From positions 66,650,001 to 66,714,000 of the forward strand of contig NC_043010.1 in assembly GCF_006345805.1 (NCBI RefSeq): a stretch of DNA of 64,000 bases. Reading direction: 5' to 3'. Below, piece by piece: positions 1 through 13,300 of this stretch. Position 1 is the stretch's first letter, and every line of letters begins with the position of its first letter. The translations under genes and the position numbers were made by a program. This DNA is from Octopus sinensis (Eukaryota). The notes under the pieces are model-generated. The model made no database searches, was not told where the DNA came from, and saw nothing but the letters and a program-made list of their open reading frames with translations.

Positions 1-262
1 GTGGCCGTTGCCAGCGCTGCCTCAACTGGCCTCCGTGCCAGTGGCATGTAAAAAGCACCAACTGATCGTGGCCGTTGCCAGCCTCGCCTGGCACGTAAAA
101 AGCACCCACTACACTCTCAGAGTGGTTATGAAGGGCATCCAGCTGTAGAAACACTGCCAGATCAGACTGGCCTGGTGCAGCCTCCTGGCCTCCCAGACCC
201 CAGTTGAACCGTCCAACCTATGCTAGCATGGAAAGCAGACGTTAAACGATGATGATGATGAT
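1..262 (+). mobile_element. 3-prime part of an abundant SINE/RTE-tail repeat ending in (GAT)n; other copies at about 7745-7950(-), 10735-11105, 14480-14705, 16630-17022, 17202-17540(-), 19310-19730(-), 43290-43480, 43760-43950, 63085-63245
   Basis: Shared motif gtggccgttgccagc...aaaagcacccactacactc...ccaacccatgctagcatggaaagcggacgttaaacgatgatgat in about 10 copies. Confidence 0.85.
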
Positions 263-527
263 GTGCTGGTGAATTTTGAAAAGAATGTAAGTGTACCTCA
301 AGTGGAAAAAGGTTGTGGGGCACTGCTAATGCCACAGCTATGTATCTACTGTTACATCTATAAATTATATAATTATATGTCATATTGAGAAACTCATCCT
401 ATTCTATAGCTATAAAACCATGCTAAAAATATATGCCAACACCTGTTATTTCTCCATAACACATGCACACACACAAACACACACACATTCTTGTTGTCTC
501 AAAATACTTTGATCTTTCTTATTTCAG

Positions 528-690
528 CTGAGCAATTTCCCACAGCACAACATTAACGAACTACCACCATGGGAGACACTGTTTGAAGCCTCCAATTATT
601 GTTGCCTCTTCAACTCTGACCTGCAACTCAGCCATATAAAGTTTCTGCCTGGGAACAGTAAAATAGATAATACACTGGCAAACACAGAAG
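528..690 (+). CDS. SLF2: SLF2 exon ([55 protein letters not shown])
   Basis: Acceptor ttcttatttcag, donor G|gtgagg, open frame, phase 1 matches the next exon. Confidence 0.75.
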
Positions 691-3600
691 GTGAGGGGAC
701 GGGGTTTCACATTAATGGTTTGCTGTATTTTTGTGGTGTGGTATGTGTGTTCTTGTGTGTGAGGTGAAGAGGTCTTTAAGCTAGTGTTATGTTCCTAAAA
801 CTAGCTTAATGATAACTAAGTTATTTTACTAAATTCTTTGTTATATTTAAAGTAATTGAAAGAAACACAGAGCATCTCAACAGAAATATGGTAATGAAAG
901 GGTTAAAATATATAAAAGAGAAACAATTCTTAACCCTTTCGATACCAACCCGGCTGAAACCAACTCTGGCTCTGTGTACAAATGTCTTGTTTTCATAAGT
1001 TTTGAATTAAAATCTTCCACCAAACCTTAGTCACAGTTTATGTCCCTAACACTAGCTGAATGATAACCAAGTTATTTTACTAAATTCTGTGTTATATTTA
1101 AAATTAATTGAAAGAAACTCAGAGCATCTCAAAAGAAATATGGTAACAAAAGGGTTAAAAAGATATGTACTGGAGTCGATTTGTTCAACTGAAAAATTTG
1201 TCAAGGTGGTACCACAGTCTTATGACTGAAACAAGGAATGGGTAAAGATGTTAGTAAGAGTGAGAGAGGTAATAGCAGGAAGGTGGTTCTGGGTGAATGA
1301 GTGAGTGGCTGAGTTCGCTCACTTGCTCTTTCTTTCTTTCCTTCCTTCTTTCTCTCCTTTCTTTCTTTCTTTCTTTCCTTCTTTGTTTCCTTCTTTCTTT
1401 CTTTCCTTCTTTCTTTCTTTGCTTCTTTCTTTCCTTCATTCCTTCTTTCTTTCATTTCTTCTTTCCTTCTTTCTTTCTTTCCTTCATTCCTTCTTTCATT
1501 CATTCCTTCTTTCCTTCTTTCTTTCCTTCCTTCTTTCTTTCTTTCCTTCTTTCTTTCTTCTTTCTTTCTTTCTTCTTTCCTTCCTTCCTTCTTTCTTTCT
1601 TTCCTTCTTTCTTTCCTTCTTTCTGTCCTTCTTTCCTTCCTTCTTTCTTTCTTTCCTTCTTTCTTTCCTTCCTTCTTTCCTTCCTTCTTTCTTTCTTTCT
1701 TTCTATGTCTGTCCTCAAATGAATAGTTTTGTTCATTCTTTGACATACTCTTCACTTAATTCATTGAAATCTTCTCAGGTACTGAGCAGCTGGAATTCAT
1801 CTTGAAGTCTGATATCCTGCGCATTGTGTGGTATGCCGTGTCCAACAAAAATTTGGTCCTTCGATGGCTGTTCTTCTTAAGTAGGTACCCACTGAATTCT
1901 ATTTTACTTCCTTTTCGTATTATTTTTTTTTTAATCCTAGATTACCTCATATATGGGTGGGGGTGGGGTGCTGAAAAGTTCCTGGCTTTGGGTAAAAGAA
2001 AATACAGGAGGGATCAGTGAATTATTTTATCCTACATATTCCCCTCTCTGATTCACATGCTTTGTTTTGTTTTTTTTCCTTTTTTTATTTGTTTCAGTCA
2101 TTGCACTATGGCCATGCTGGGGTACCGCCTTGAAGGGTTTCCATTGAATGACTTGACCCCAGTAGTTATTTTTTAAGCGTGTTATTTATTCTGTCAGCCT
2201 TTATTGCCGAACTGCCAGCTTATGGGAACATAACTAGTTACCAAGTACTGATAGGGAACAAACACAAAGGAGCACGTTTGCACACACACACACATAAGTT
2301 TCTGTCTACAAAAACCACTCAAGGCTTTGATTGACCGAGGACTGTAACAGAAGACACTTATCCGAGGTGCCATGTGGTGGGACTGAACCCAGAACCATGT
2401 GGCTAGGAAGCAAACTTCTTATTTCTTTACTGCCCACAAGGGGTTACACATAGAGGGGACAAGCAAGGACAGACAAACGGATTAAGTCGATTATATCGAC
2501 CCCAGTGCATAACTGATACTTATTTAATCAACCCCGAAAGGATGAAAGGCAAAGTCGACCTCGGCGGAATTTGAACTCAGAACGTAGCAGTAGATAAAAT
2601 ACCTATTTCTTTACTACCCACAAGGGGCTAAAGACAGAGGGGACGAACAAGGACAGACAAACGGATTGAGTCGATTACATCGCCCCCAGTGCGCAACTGG
2701 TACTTAATTTATCGACCCCGAAAGGATGAAAGGCAAAGTCAACCTTGGTGGAATTTGAACTCAGAATTTAGCAGTAGACGAAATACCGCTAAGCATTCTG
2801 CCCGGCGTGCTAACGTTTCTGCCAGCTCGCCGCCTTATGCACACTATATAATAGGCTGTGCAGTCATGTAATCATAACCGTACGAACGAATTCAATGCAA
2901 AAACAAATTGGTCGATTCCCTTAAATACGAAAAAATTCACATTACAGAAGGAATTCCTGGATTCAAGTAGAAGGGACCAAATGTAGAATCTCAGCAAAAT
3001 ATTAATATTCTTTTCTCCTCTAGGCACAAGGATCAAAAGTTTTGGGGAGGCGGGCAGTCGATTAGATCGACCCAGGACGCAACTGGTACTTAATTTAACG
3101 ATCCCCGAAAGGATGAAAGGCAAAGTCGAGCTCGGCGGAATTTGAACTCGGAACGTAACGGTAGATAAAATACCTATTTCTTTACTACCCACAAGGGGCT
3201 AAAGACAGAGGGGACGAACAAGGACAGACAAACGGATTGAGTCGATTACATCGCCCCCAGTGCGCAACTGGTACTTAATTTATCGACCCCGAAAGGATGA
3301 AAGGCAAAGTCAACCACGGCGGAATTTGAACTCGGAACATAGCGGTAGACGTAATACTGGTAAGCATTTCGCCCAGCATGCTAACGTTTCTGCCAGCTCA
3401 CCGCCTTCTTGCCACACAGCTGCATCTACACCAATTTTGAGATTTTAAAAGGCTGTCGTGTAAATTGTAGAATTAATGAGTTACATGTAGTTTTCAGATG
3501 AGAGATGAAACGAAGAAAACAAGTTTGATATTGGTTAATAAAATCAGCTTATCAAGGGGACTGACCCAATTCAGGAGTTTGGGAGCCTTTGTATGTTGGG

Positions 3601-6115
3601 AAATTCACTTAGATAAAACGGGTCCTTGGAAATGAAAAGGCTGGGAACAACTAGGCTAGATTATAGATGGAACCATGACTGGACAAATAACAAAAGACAG
3701 GGAAAGTGGTTGGGTCAGATCTTAGTACATATCAGCCCTCAAAAAGATGGAGACAAGTGGTAATGTCTGGTGGTGTTGAAAAGCAGTTAGTAGTGATAAT
3801 GGGTATGATCAAAAGCAGTCAAGCCATGACTATCCCATCTTAGTTTTCAGGAATAGCGTACTCTTGACTGTATTAGCTAAAGTATCCCTTTTTGTAGGAT
3901 GGCAGGGTGTACTTTGATGTAAATTTGGCTGTTATTTCTTGCTCGCCAATTGACCACATAGAAGCTTCCATGTCATGGTGTTTTATTTTTTTGTTTTTGT
4001 GTTTTTTTTTATGCTGATGGTTAGTGATGTATAAATGTATATATTTATACATTTATACACGCTCACTCTCACTCGTTCTCATCATAGCTGCCTCCAGGCT
4101 CTTAATTCCATCTCTTATTTGTAGTGTCTATTCACAATGACATCTCGGTGAGTGAAGCATGTTATCAGATCATACTGAATGCAATCCAGCTACAACTCTC
4201 ATCTTCCCGGACGAAAAACACGTGGGCACCAGACATTGCAGATATATTGCGCATATTCATAAACTATGGTGAGTAGCACATTATTTTTCTTCTTTTTTTC
4301 AAAAACTTTTTTCCTTTGTCAGAAAGGCATGTTGTTATTTAGTTCCTGGCTTATTCTTATCAGGTATTCCAGACATGGCCTTTCCACCTTTTAATGGTCG
4401 TGTTGGATTACATTATGTAATGTGTTTTTTTTTCTTTTGTATTTAAGATATTGTGTTTTGAGGCTGCTATATTTAAGATGATATTGTGTTTTGAGGTTGC
4501 TATGACTGCTATTTCTAGCAGATCTTGTGACTCATGAAAAGGCCTGTTGTTTAACTATCAGTCTAGTCTGATTGAGCAGAATTATGATGAAAGACATTAT
4601 TCCATCTATGTATTTTGTCTCAGTTGTTAGACTGCAGCTATGCTGGGGCTCTGCTTTGAAGAATTTAGTCAACCAAATTTGCCCCAGTGCTTACTTATTT
4701 TAAGCCTGGTGCTATTGACTCTCTTTTTGCCATATCGCTAAACTACTGAGACATAAACAAACCAACATCAGTTGTCAAGCAGTGGCATTGAGACAAAGAC
4801 ACACACACATGGCTTAGTGGTTAGAGCAGTGGACTCGCAGTCGAGGCATCGCAAGTTCAAATCTCAGACCAGGCAATGTGTGTGTTTATGAGCAAAACAC
4901 CTAAAATCCATGTGGATCCAATAGAAAGTAATGGCAAACTTCTGCTGACTCTTTCGCCACAACTTTCTCTCACTCTTTCCTCCTGCATCTAGTAGCTCAC
5001 CTGCAACAGACCAGCGTCCCATCCAGGTGGAGAACCTATACACCAATGAAACCAGGAAACTGGCCCCTATGAGCCAGCCCTGGCTTGAGAATGAATAAAC
5101 AGCAACAACAATGCACGCACGTAGACACACACATACATATATAAATATATATACACAATGAGCTTTTTTTTTAGTTTCTGTCTACCAAATCCACTCACAA
5201 GGCTATTGTAGAAGACATTTGTCTGCCCAAGGCTATTGTAGAAGATATTTGTCCAAGGAGTCCTGCAGTAGGACTGAACCCAGAACCATGTGGTTGGGAA
5301 GCAAACTTCTCACCACACAGCCATGCTTGTGTAACCCTTCCAATCTTTTCCCTAAGTGCAGAGGACATGGGACCTCGTTACCCATCACGTCCTTTTCTCA
5401 GATGAGACAGTGGCAGATTTGGCTGCTATTTCTAGCATGTTGAGATTCCTCTTTGTAATAAATGGGGTGTTTGTGTATGCATATAAAATAGTGTTTAAAA
5501 TTATTTTATGACTGAGAGGGCATCAGTAATGTACCTTTTGAAGTGGAGGCTTGACTGGGCCTGAATGATCACTCACGGTACCTAGGATAGCAGGTACTGT
5601 TGTTAAGCTGGTTGATGGGGTAAGTAACATTAACCAGCGTAAAGCCAGTAGATTGATGGAAATATTAGAGAGTTGGGCAAATAAGTAGCAAACAGAAGCA
5701 CTGCAATTGATGCAATCAATTAAAACCGTGAGGGCAATGCTCCAGCTTGGCCACAATCCAGTGACTCTAACCAGTAAAAGAATATATTGACTGAGCAGGT
5801 GTGTGTATGAATGTGTCGATATGTGGTTATTGAAAACTAGCTGGCCCTGTGTCAGCTAATTGTAGTATTTTATATAGAGATAAGGTACAAAATAAATCAC
5901 ACATACAAACATTCACATACTTCTCTTGTACACGCACACATACACACATATGCTCACACAGAATTGAAACACTGATTTTTCATTTCACCCCTTCCTTTTT
6001 CTCGTTACTATTACTTTTTCTCACTCCTTCTCAGTCAGGGCTACTACTCTCACTACTTCTCCTTCACTGAATTACTATTTTCTTTTCCCCTCCTCATTCA
6101 ACATGATTCTGGAAA

Positions 6116-6183
<68 letters not shown>

Positions 6184-6238
6184 TATATATATGTATGTAT
6201 GTGTGTATATATATGTATATATTCATATATATATGTAT

Positions 6239-6301
<63 letters not shown>

Positions 6302-6370
6302 AAGAGGGAATATTATTCCAAACTTACAGGGAAAAATTCAATTTAAAAATACTAAATCAAATTGCCCAAA

Positions 6371-6421
<51 letters not shown>

Positions 6422-9400
6422 TATATATATACACACACACATACACACACACAAATATTTAAACACACTATGCTTATTATCATATTAGGAGATGAGCATC
6501 ATTCATTTCCAATATTCTGCAGAAACATGTCTTGCCATGGGGAAATATCACCTTGCTGGGAAACAGGTGAGGGTTGGCAACAGAAAGGGCATCCAGCTGC
6601 AAAAAATCTGCCTCAATAAATTCCATCTGACCCATACAAGTATTGTAAAGTTGACATTGAAATGATGATTGTGTATGGGTGTGTTTTTTTGTGCTCGTAG
6701 TGATGGAAGGGACGTGTGTGAGTACATTGAATGAATATTCATTGACTCTTCTTCTTCTTACGGATCTTTATCTACTTGTTCTAGGTGCTCCAGTACATGA
6801 CCTTGTGCCCAACCAAGCGTTTCTTCGTTCCCTACCACTTGGGTAAGTAATTCCGTCTCTACTAGAATCTTCGGATCTTTACCTTTTGACATACAGATTT
6901 TTAAAATAATTTTTTGTAACTAAACACTTTCAAACTTCGGACACTGGTTAAAAGTGTCATATAAAACATCTTTTACTCTTAGCGTTTTTGAGAAAAAATT
7001 ATATTTAGGAAGTTATTTCATGTTAAAGTTGTTGTATTTCGGTAATTTCAACCAATCAACGACGTGTATTCAGCTGAATAAAATTACTGCTGTTGTGTGT
7101 CAACAAGAACTTCCGGCAGTGTATTTTTCGTTTGTCACTGTTATTTATGACAACCCTAACCCTAAAATCCTAACCCTAAAACCCTAACCCTAAAACCATA
7201 ACCCTAGAACCCTAACCCTAAAACCTTAAAGCTAAAACCAGTACAAACGCACGAACGATGTCGTAAATAACAATGAAAAATTAAATATACTCTGTCAATA
7301 GTTGTTGACAAACAACGGCAGTAATTTTATTCAGCTGAGTACACATCATTGATTGGTTGAAATTACTGAAATATGACAACTTTAATGTGAAATAACTTTG
7401 TAAATATAAGCTTTTCTCAAAAATGCTAAGATTAAAAGATGTTTTGAATGACACATTCTACTAGTGTCTGAAGTTTGAAAGTGTTTAGTTACAAAAAATA
7501 ATTTTTAAAATCTGTAGGTCAAAAGGTAAAGATCCAATGTCGTGCCATGTTGTAAAAATTGCTTAATTATAAACATTTATCTAAAATGGTGAAGGCCATG
7601 ATTTATCTCCCGCTGGCAGTGTAAACGAGAGTGTTTCTATGCACCAGTAAACTATCGCAGTATCATGTGTTCTAACACAACATCCACTTTTAAGCAGGGA
7701 TAAATATTATCTTTTGTTATTAATACTACTTCTGTCGCTAATAATTCATCGTCATCATTGTTTAACGTCCGTTTTCAATGCTGGTATGGGTTGGACGGTT
7801 TGATTGTGGTCTGGAAAGCCAGCGTCTGCACCAGGCTCCAGTCTGATCTGGCAATGTTTCTATAGCTGGATGCCCTTCCTAATGGCAACCACTCCAAGAG
7901 TGTAGTGGGTGCTTTTGGTGTTGTTGGCGTGAGGAAGGGTATCTAGCTGTACAAACATTGCCTGCTTTGTGTGTATGTGTGTGTACACTTGTCTTGAGTA
8001 TCTCCATCATACAAGTGATGTTATTTGTTTCCAATCTTCTTATTAGACGGTACAAACAAAGGGATTAAGTTGATTACATTGACCTCAGTGTGTAACTGAT
8101 ACTTAATTTATCGACCTCGAGAGGATGAAAGGAAAAGTCGACCTCGGCAGAATTTGAACTCAGAACATAATGGCAGACGAAATACCGCTAAGCATTTCGT
8201 AACGTTTCTGCCAGCTCATTGCCTATTTTGTTTCCAATCTTCTATGGGAAGCATATCTGACCCTGGTGAAATATTACCTTGCTCGGAAACAGGTGAGGGT
8301 TGGTGACAGGTAGGGCATCCAGCCGTGGAAAAATCTGCTCCAACAAATTCCATCTGAACTATACAAACATAGGAAAATGAACATTAAGTGATGATGATGA
8401 TGGTACTCGTACACCCTTTTCACCCAGTGGGTAAAGTACAGCTTAGTCTCTGACCATATAACACATTGTCCTAGTTTGGTTTACATATTACAGATGAATA
8501 ACAATGAAGATCTGACATAATCTGACCTTACTTGTTTTATAAATCAACCCTTTAGTGTTTAAACCGGCTATATCTGGCCCAAATATTCTCTCTCTCTCTC
8601 TTTCGGAGAGGCACAAGCACCTACACGTACATATACACACACGGCAGTAACTTCTACCTACCGAATTCAATCACAAAGCTCCGGTCAGCTCGGGGCTATA
8701 GTGAAAGACACCTACCCAAAGTGCCACGCAGTGGGACTGAACCCGAAACCATGTAGCCAGGAAGCAAGCTCCCTAACCACACAGCCATGCCCGCGCATAT
8801 TCAAACTGGCTAGATCTGGCCTCTCACACCTAACCTACATTGACATTCTAAAAATAAACACTCACATCATTGAAACCTCAAAGCTATAACATAATGCATG
8901 ATTAATTCAAAACAATTTGAGTGAGAATGTATTACATTTAACAGAGTAATCTGAACACTAAAGGGTTAAGGCTGTATTTCTCCTCCTCCTCAGGGCTCTG
9001 CAAAAACCCATCAACACAAATTGTAAGCAAACGAAGCAAGACAAATCAAGCACCACAGCATCATCTCCCAGCAATGATGATTCTGTGCAGCTTAAGGTTT
9101 CACAAGATTCTGCATCGGCCCCGAAACTCAGGAAATCTGATAAAGCACAGTTTAACAGCACCGGTTTGGTTTACGTCCTTTCCGTGTTAAGCTTCGTCCT
9201 TGACTCAAGGTGAGTGAGTACTAATCACAGTATTTGTTGTTGCTAATATAAATTATAATTCCATGACAATCGCTCTGTGTAACTGACCAATCAGAACACA
9301 GTTGATGGTAATCTTCTTAACCTGAGAAACATTTGTTTGATATTTTTTTAATAAATGTGCAGTAATAGTCATTAACCAGCTAAGATTTGATTAATCATGT

Positions 9401-9544
9401 GACAAGTTTTCCTTACCAACCAATCAGATCACAGCATTTCATTTTCTCCTTGTCTCCAGTAATATTTACATTCCTCAACTCCTCATCTGTTAACAGCAGT
9501 GACCTGCTTTCTGTTTTGCTTCACCATAACTAAATATAAGAACA

Positions 9545-9594
<50 letters not shown>

Positions 9595-10287
9595 GTGTAC
9601 TGTTCCTTGAAAAGTACTCCATCTGGTGAGAGATAAATATTATTTAATAAACACAATATGTGTATGTATGTGCTACCATTAGTTTCATGTGCTGGAAGCA
9701 TGCCAGACAGTGTTTTTAACACATCTGGTGTCCTAGCACAATCGTCAGATGCAGACATTTTAAAAACAGTTTGGCATGCACTCATGAAACTAATAGTATC
9801 ACATAAATACATATATTGTATTTATTAAATAATATATATATATATATTATTGTCAGTTTGTCACACTTTGACTCGATTTGAATTCACACCTTATATTTCG
9901 TTTCTCATGAGAATGTGAAAGGTGAGGATGGTTCATAGCAAAATAATAATCTGCTAAAATGATTCTGGTACCCTCCTTCGGAAGTATCATCTCACCTTGT
10001 ATGGTCTGCACATTATTTTTGATGCTACAGATATTTTGGAACCATGATTAGAAATGTTGTTGGGTTTCTTTTTTTTTTTTCTATCCTATTTATCTTCTAA
10101 TCTAATCTTTTCTTTCATTTCACAGACCAAATTATACAACAGACCAGCTCTCTGCCTTGTTTTTAATGTTGTGCAAAGTCCGGTTGGATATTCATATTGC
10201 TACGTAAGTGACAATGTTCTTTCTCTCTTTCTTTGTTGTTTAGTTCCTCCCCCTCCTCCATTCTACTCCCCTCATCAAATCAGTCTG

Positions 10288-10375
<88 letters not shown>

Positions 10376-13300
10376 CTTTTCATTTACAAAGGGATCCACT
10401 GGTCAAGAATTTGCAAGCTGTTCTCTCAAGAATCATCCAGAAATTTTCAGCTGAAGAATGGCCACAAACGGTAAGTGTGTATATATGTTTATGCATACAA
10501 TTATTTAATTGCTTATAATGCATGTGACAACACTGTTTTCCTCTTTTCTTCTGTCTTAGTGACAAGGGTCCTGAATCTTCAGATTCTTCACTCTACACAG
10601 CAATTGTGATTTTTACCAAAGTTTCCTATAATCTCTCCTGTCAAATATTTCTCCAGTTCTACAAGATGGCTGCTTACGATGGAGTCAGTAGGGTGGTGGT
10701 ATGTCTGTGTGTATGTGTGTATATATATATATACATAAAAAGCACCATCTGTTCGTGGCCGTTGCCAGCGCCGCCCCGACTGGCCTCCGTGCCGGTGGCA
10801 CGTAGAAGCACCCTCCGTTCGTGTCCGTTGCCAGCCACGCCTGGCCTCTGTGCCGGTGGCATGTAAAAGCACCATCCGTTCGTGGCTGTTTGCCAGCACC
10901 ATCTGGCGCCTGTGCGGGTGGCACGTAAAAAGCACCCACTACACTCGCGGAGTGGTTGGCGTTAGGAAGGGCATCCAGCCGTAGAAACACTGCCAGATCA
11001 GACTGGGCCTGATGCAGCCTTCTGGCTTCACAGACCCCAGTTGAACCGTCCAACCCATGCTAGCATGGAAAACGGACGCTAAATGATGATGATAATGATG
11101 ATGATATGTGTGTGTGTGTGTGTTAGTGCCTCCTTGACATTGTGTGACAGTTGTAAAACGATTGTCCTTGTCCAACAAGCAGTGTCATTCCTTTTCAGTA
11201 TCTCAATATCTATGAGAATGTATCTGGCCAGAGGGAAATATTACCTTGCTTGGAAACAGGTGAAAGTTGTCAAGAGAAACTCCATCTGACCGGTATTATC
11301 ACTGATTCCGTAAAGGGGTCAATGGTATATGGAGTTTACCAACAACCCCTATTCTACAAAGTGGTAGGGATGTGGAGGGTAGTCTTGTAGTTAGTTGTTG
11401 CTGTTGTTGTAATCTCAGAGATGAAGCCCTGCTATTGTTTATGATATTTTCCAGGCCATCAATCTGTCCATTGACCTGACCACATTGACCAGGGACCCCC
11501 ATAACATGCTCTTCCTCACACAGACCTTACCACACTGTCAACAGAGTGTTGAACTCAGGCAGAGACTGGCCACACTACAGCTGTATGTGATCACTGAACA
11601 GGATATATCCACTGTCAGCAAAGAAGATGTTAATGTGAGCATTCTATTATTTTATAAACTATTATTTTATCAATGAGAGAGAGAGTGTGTGTGAGGTGAT
11701 TGTGTGCACTATATCTGTGAGTCAATAAATGTTGCTTTGAACTGGTGTAATTCTAGACAAGATGAAGAACCATTTGTGTTTATATGAAGTGTGTCTGACT
11801 GGTTAAAAAGTGTACTCCCCAACCACACAGCTTCAGGTTCAGTCCCTATTTCTTTACTACCCATGAGGGGCTAAACACAGAGGGGACAAACAAGGACAGA
11901 CAAACGGATTAAGTCGATTATATCGACCCCTGTGCGTAACTGGTACTTACTTAATCGACCCCGAAAGGATGAAAGGCAAAGTCGACCTCGGCGGAATTTG
12001 GACTCAGAATGTAGCGGCAGACGAAATACCTATTTCTTTACTACCCACAAGGAGTTAAACACAGAGAGGACAAATGGATTAAGTCGATTATATTGTCCCC
12101 AGTGCGTAACTGGTACTTATTTAATCGACCCCCGAAAGGATGAAAGGCAAAGTCGACCTCGGCGGAATTTGAACTCAGAACGTAGCGGCAGACGAAATAC
12201 CGCTAAGCATTTCGCCTGGGGCGCTAACGTTTCTGCCGGCTGACCACTTCAGGTTCAGTCCCATTCTGTGTCACCTTGGGCAAGTGTCTTCAACTATACC
12301 TAAAACCTTGTGAATCGATTTCATAGACAGATGCTGAAAGAAGCATGTGTGTGTGTGCTTGTGTCTCCTTGTCTTGACATCACATGGTTGTTGTAAATGA
12401 ATGTCACTGTCATACAAGCTGTGTCATTCATGACCAGTATTCTGCAAAAAAAAAAAAAAATTCTGTTGGCCATGAGGAAATATAAACTTGCTTGGAAACA
12501 GCTGAGTATTGGAGATAAGGGTGTTTGGCTGTAGAAAATCTGCGTCAGTCAACTCTCTACAACCTAGGCAAGTGTGGAAAAGTGGATTTAAAAAAAAAAA
12601 AGAACCAATCTGCTTTGTATGCATATTTTCTACACTTGATGTATGTACACATGCTTGCACATGTGCACACTCATGCACATTCGCACAGATACACACTGGC
12701 TAGGCTTAGCTTAGTTTGAGGCCTTCAGCTTGCAGTGGAGTCACAGAGACATTCATGACATACTGTATGCCAGATTTTTTTTTTGTGCATCTGTTGCAGT
12801 CAAATGCCACAGCTTGAGGTCTCCACTTGTGATCTGCCTGTTTATTCCTTAATATTGTCTAACCACCTTTGCCTTTGTTCAGCTTGCCTCCTCTTTCCCC
12901 CACCCTCCTCATTTTCTTGAAGCAAAGCTTTTTTTGCAAGACTGCTGGATCATGTTACACAGCCACTTCTTCCATCTTCTGATTTGTGATATGTTGTTTG
13001 GTGGTGATTGCCCAGAGAATGTGTTGTGCGATTTGTAATGTGTTGTTGAGTGGTTGATTGTGTAAATATTTGTTGTTGTTTTTGTATTAATTTCATCATA
13101 CCATTTCTATAATTCCCACAGATTTCTCAATTATTTTGTCTGTTTCCTCACCTGAAATCATTTGCCCAGCAAAAGCTCAGCACCCTCTCTGTAAGCGTCG
13201 ACTTACTCAGTATTGCAGTTGGTGGAAGCTCCTTTCAGAAATCTGACCGGGTAAGCTTATCCTTCATTTATTCTCGTCCTTAGCTGGCAGATTGACAGGA

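Noticed and set aside
1201-1805. ORFs of 140-180 aa rich in K/E/R or F/S/L
   Set aside because: Translations of a CTTT/CCTT microsatellite inside an SLF2 intron
1881-1890. Alternative donor AG|gtaccc 4 nt downstream of the chosen site
   Set aside because: It shifts the frame to a stop in the next exon and loses the conserved WLFxxMS motif
7150-7235. Interstitial telomere or chromosome-fusion scar
   Set aside because: Short, degenerate and centred in a foldback element, so better explained as part of that element
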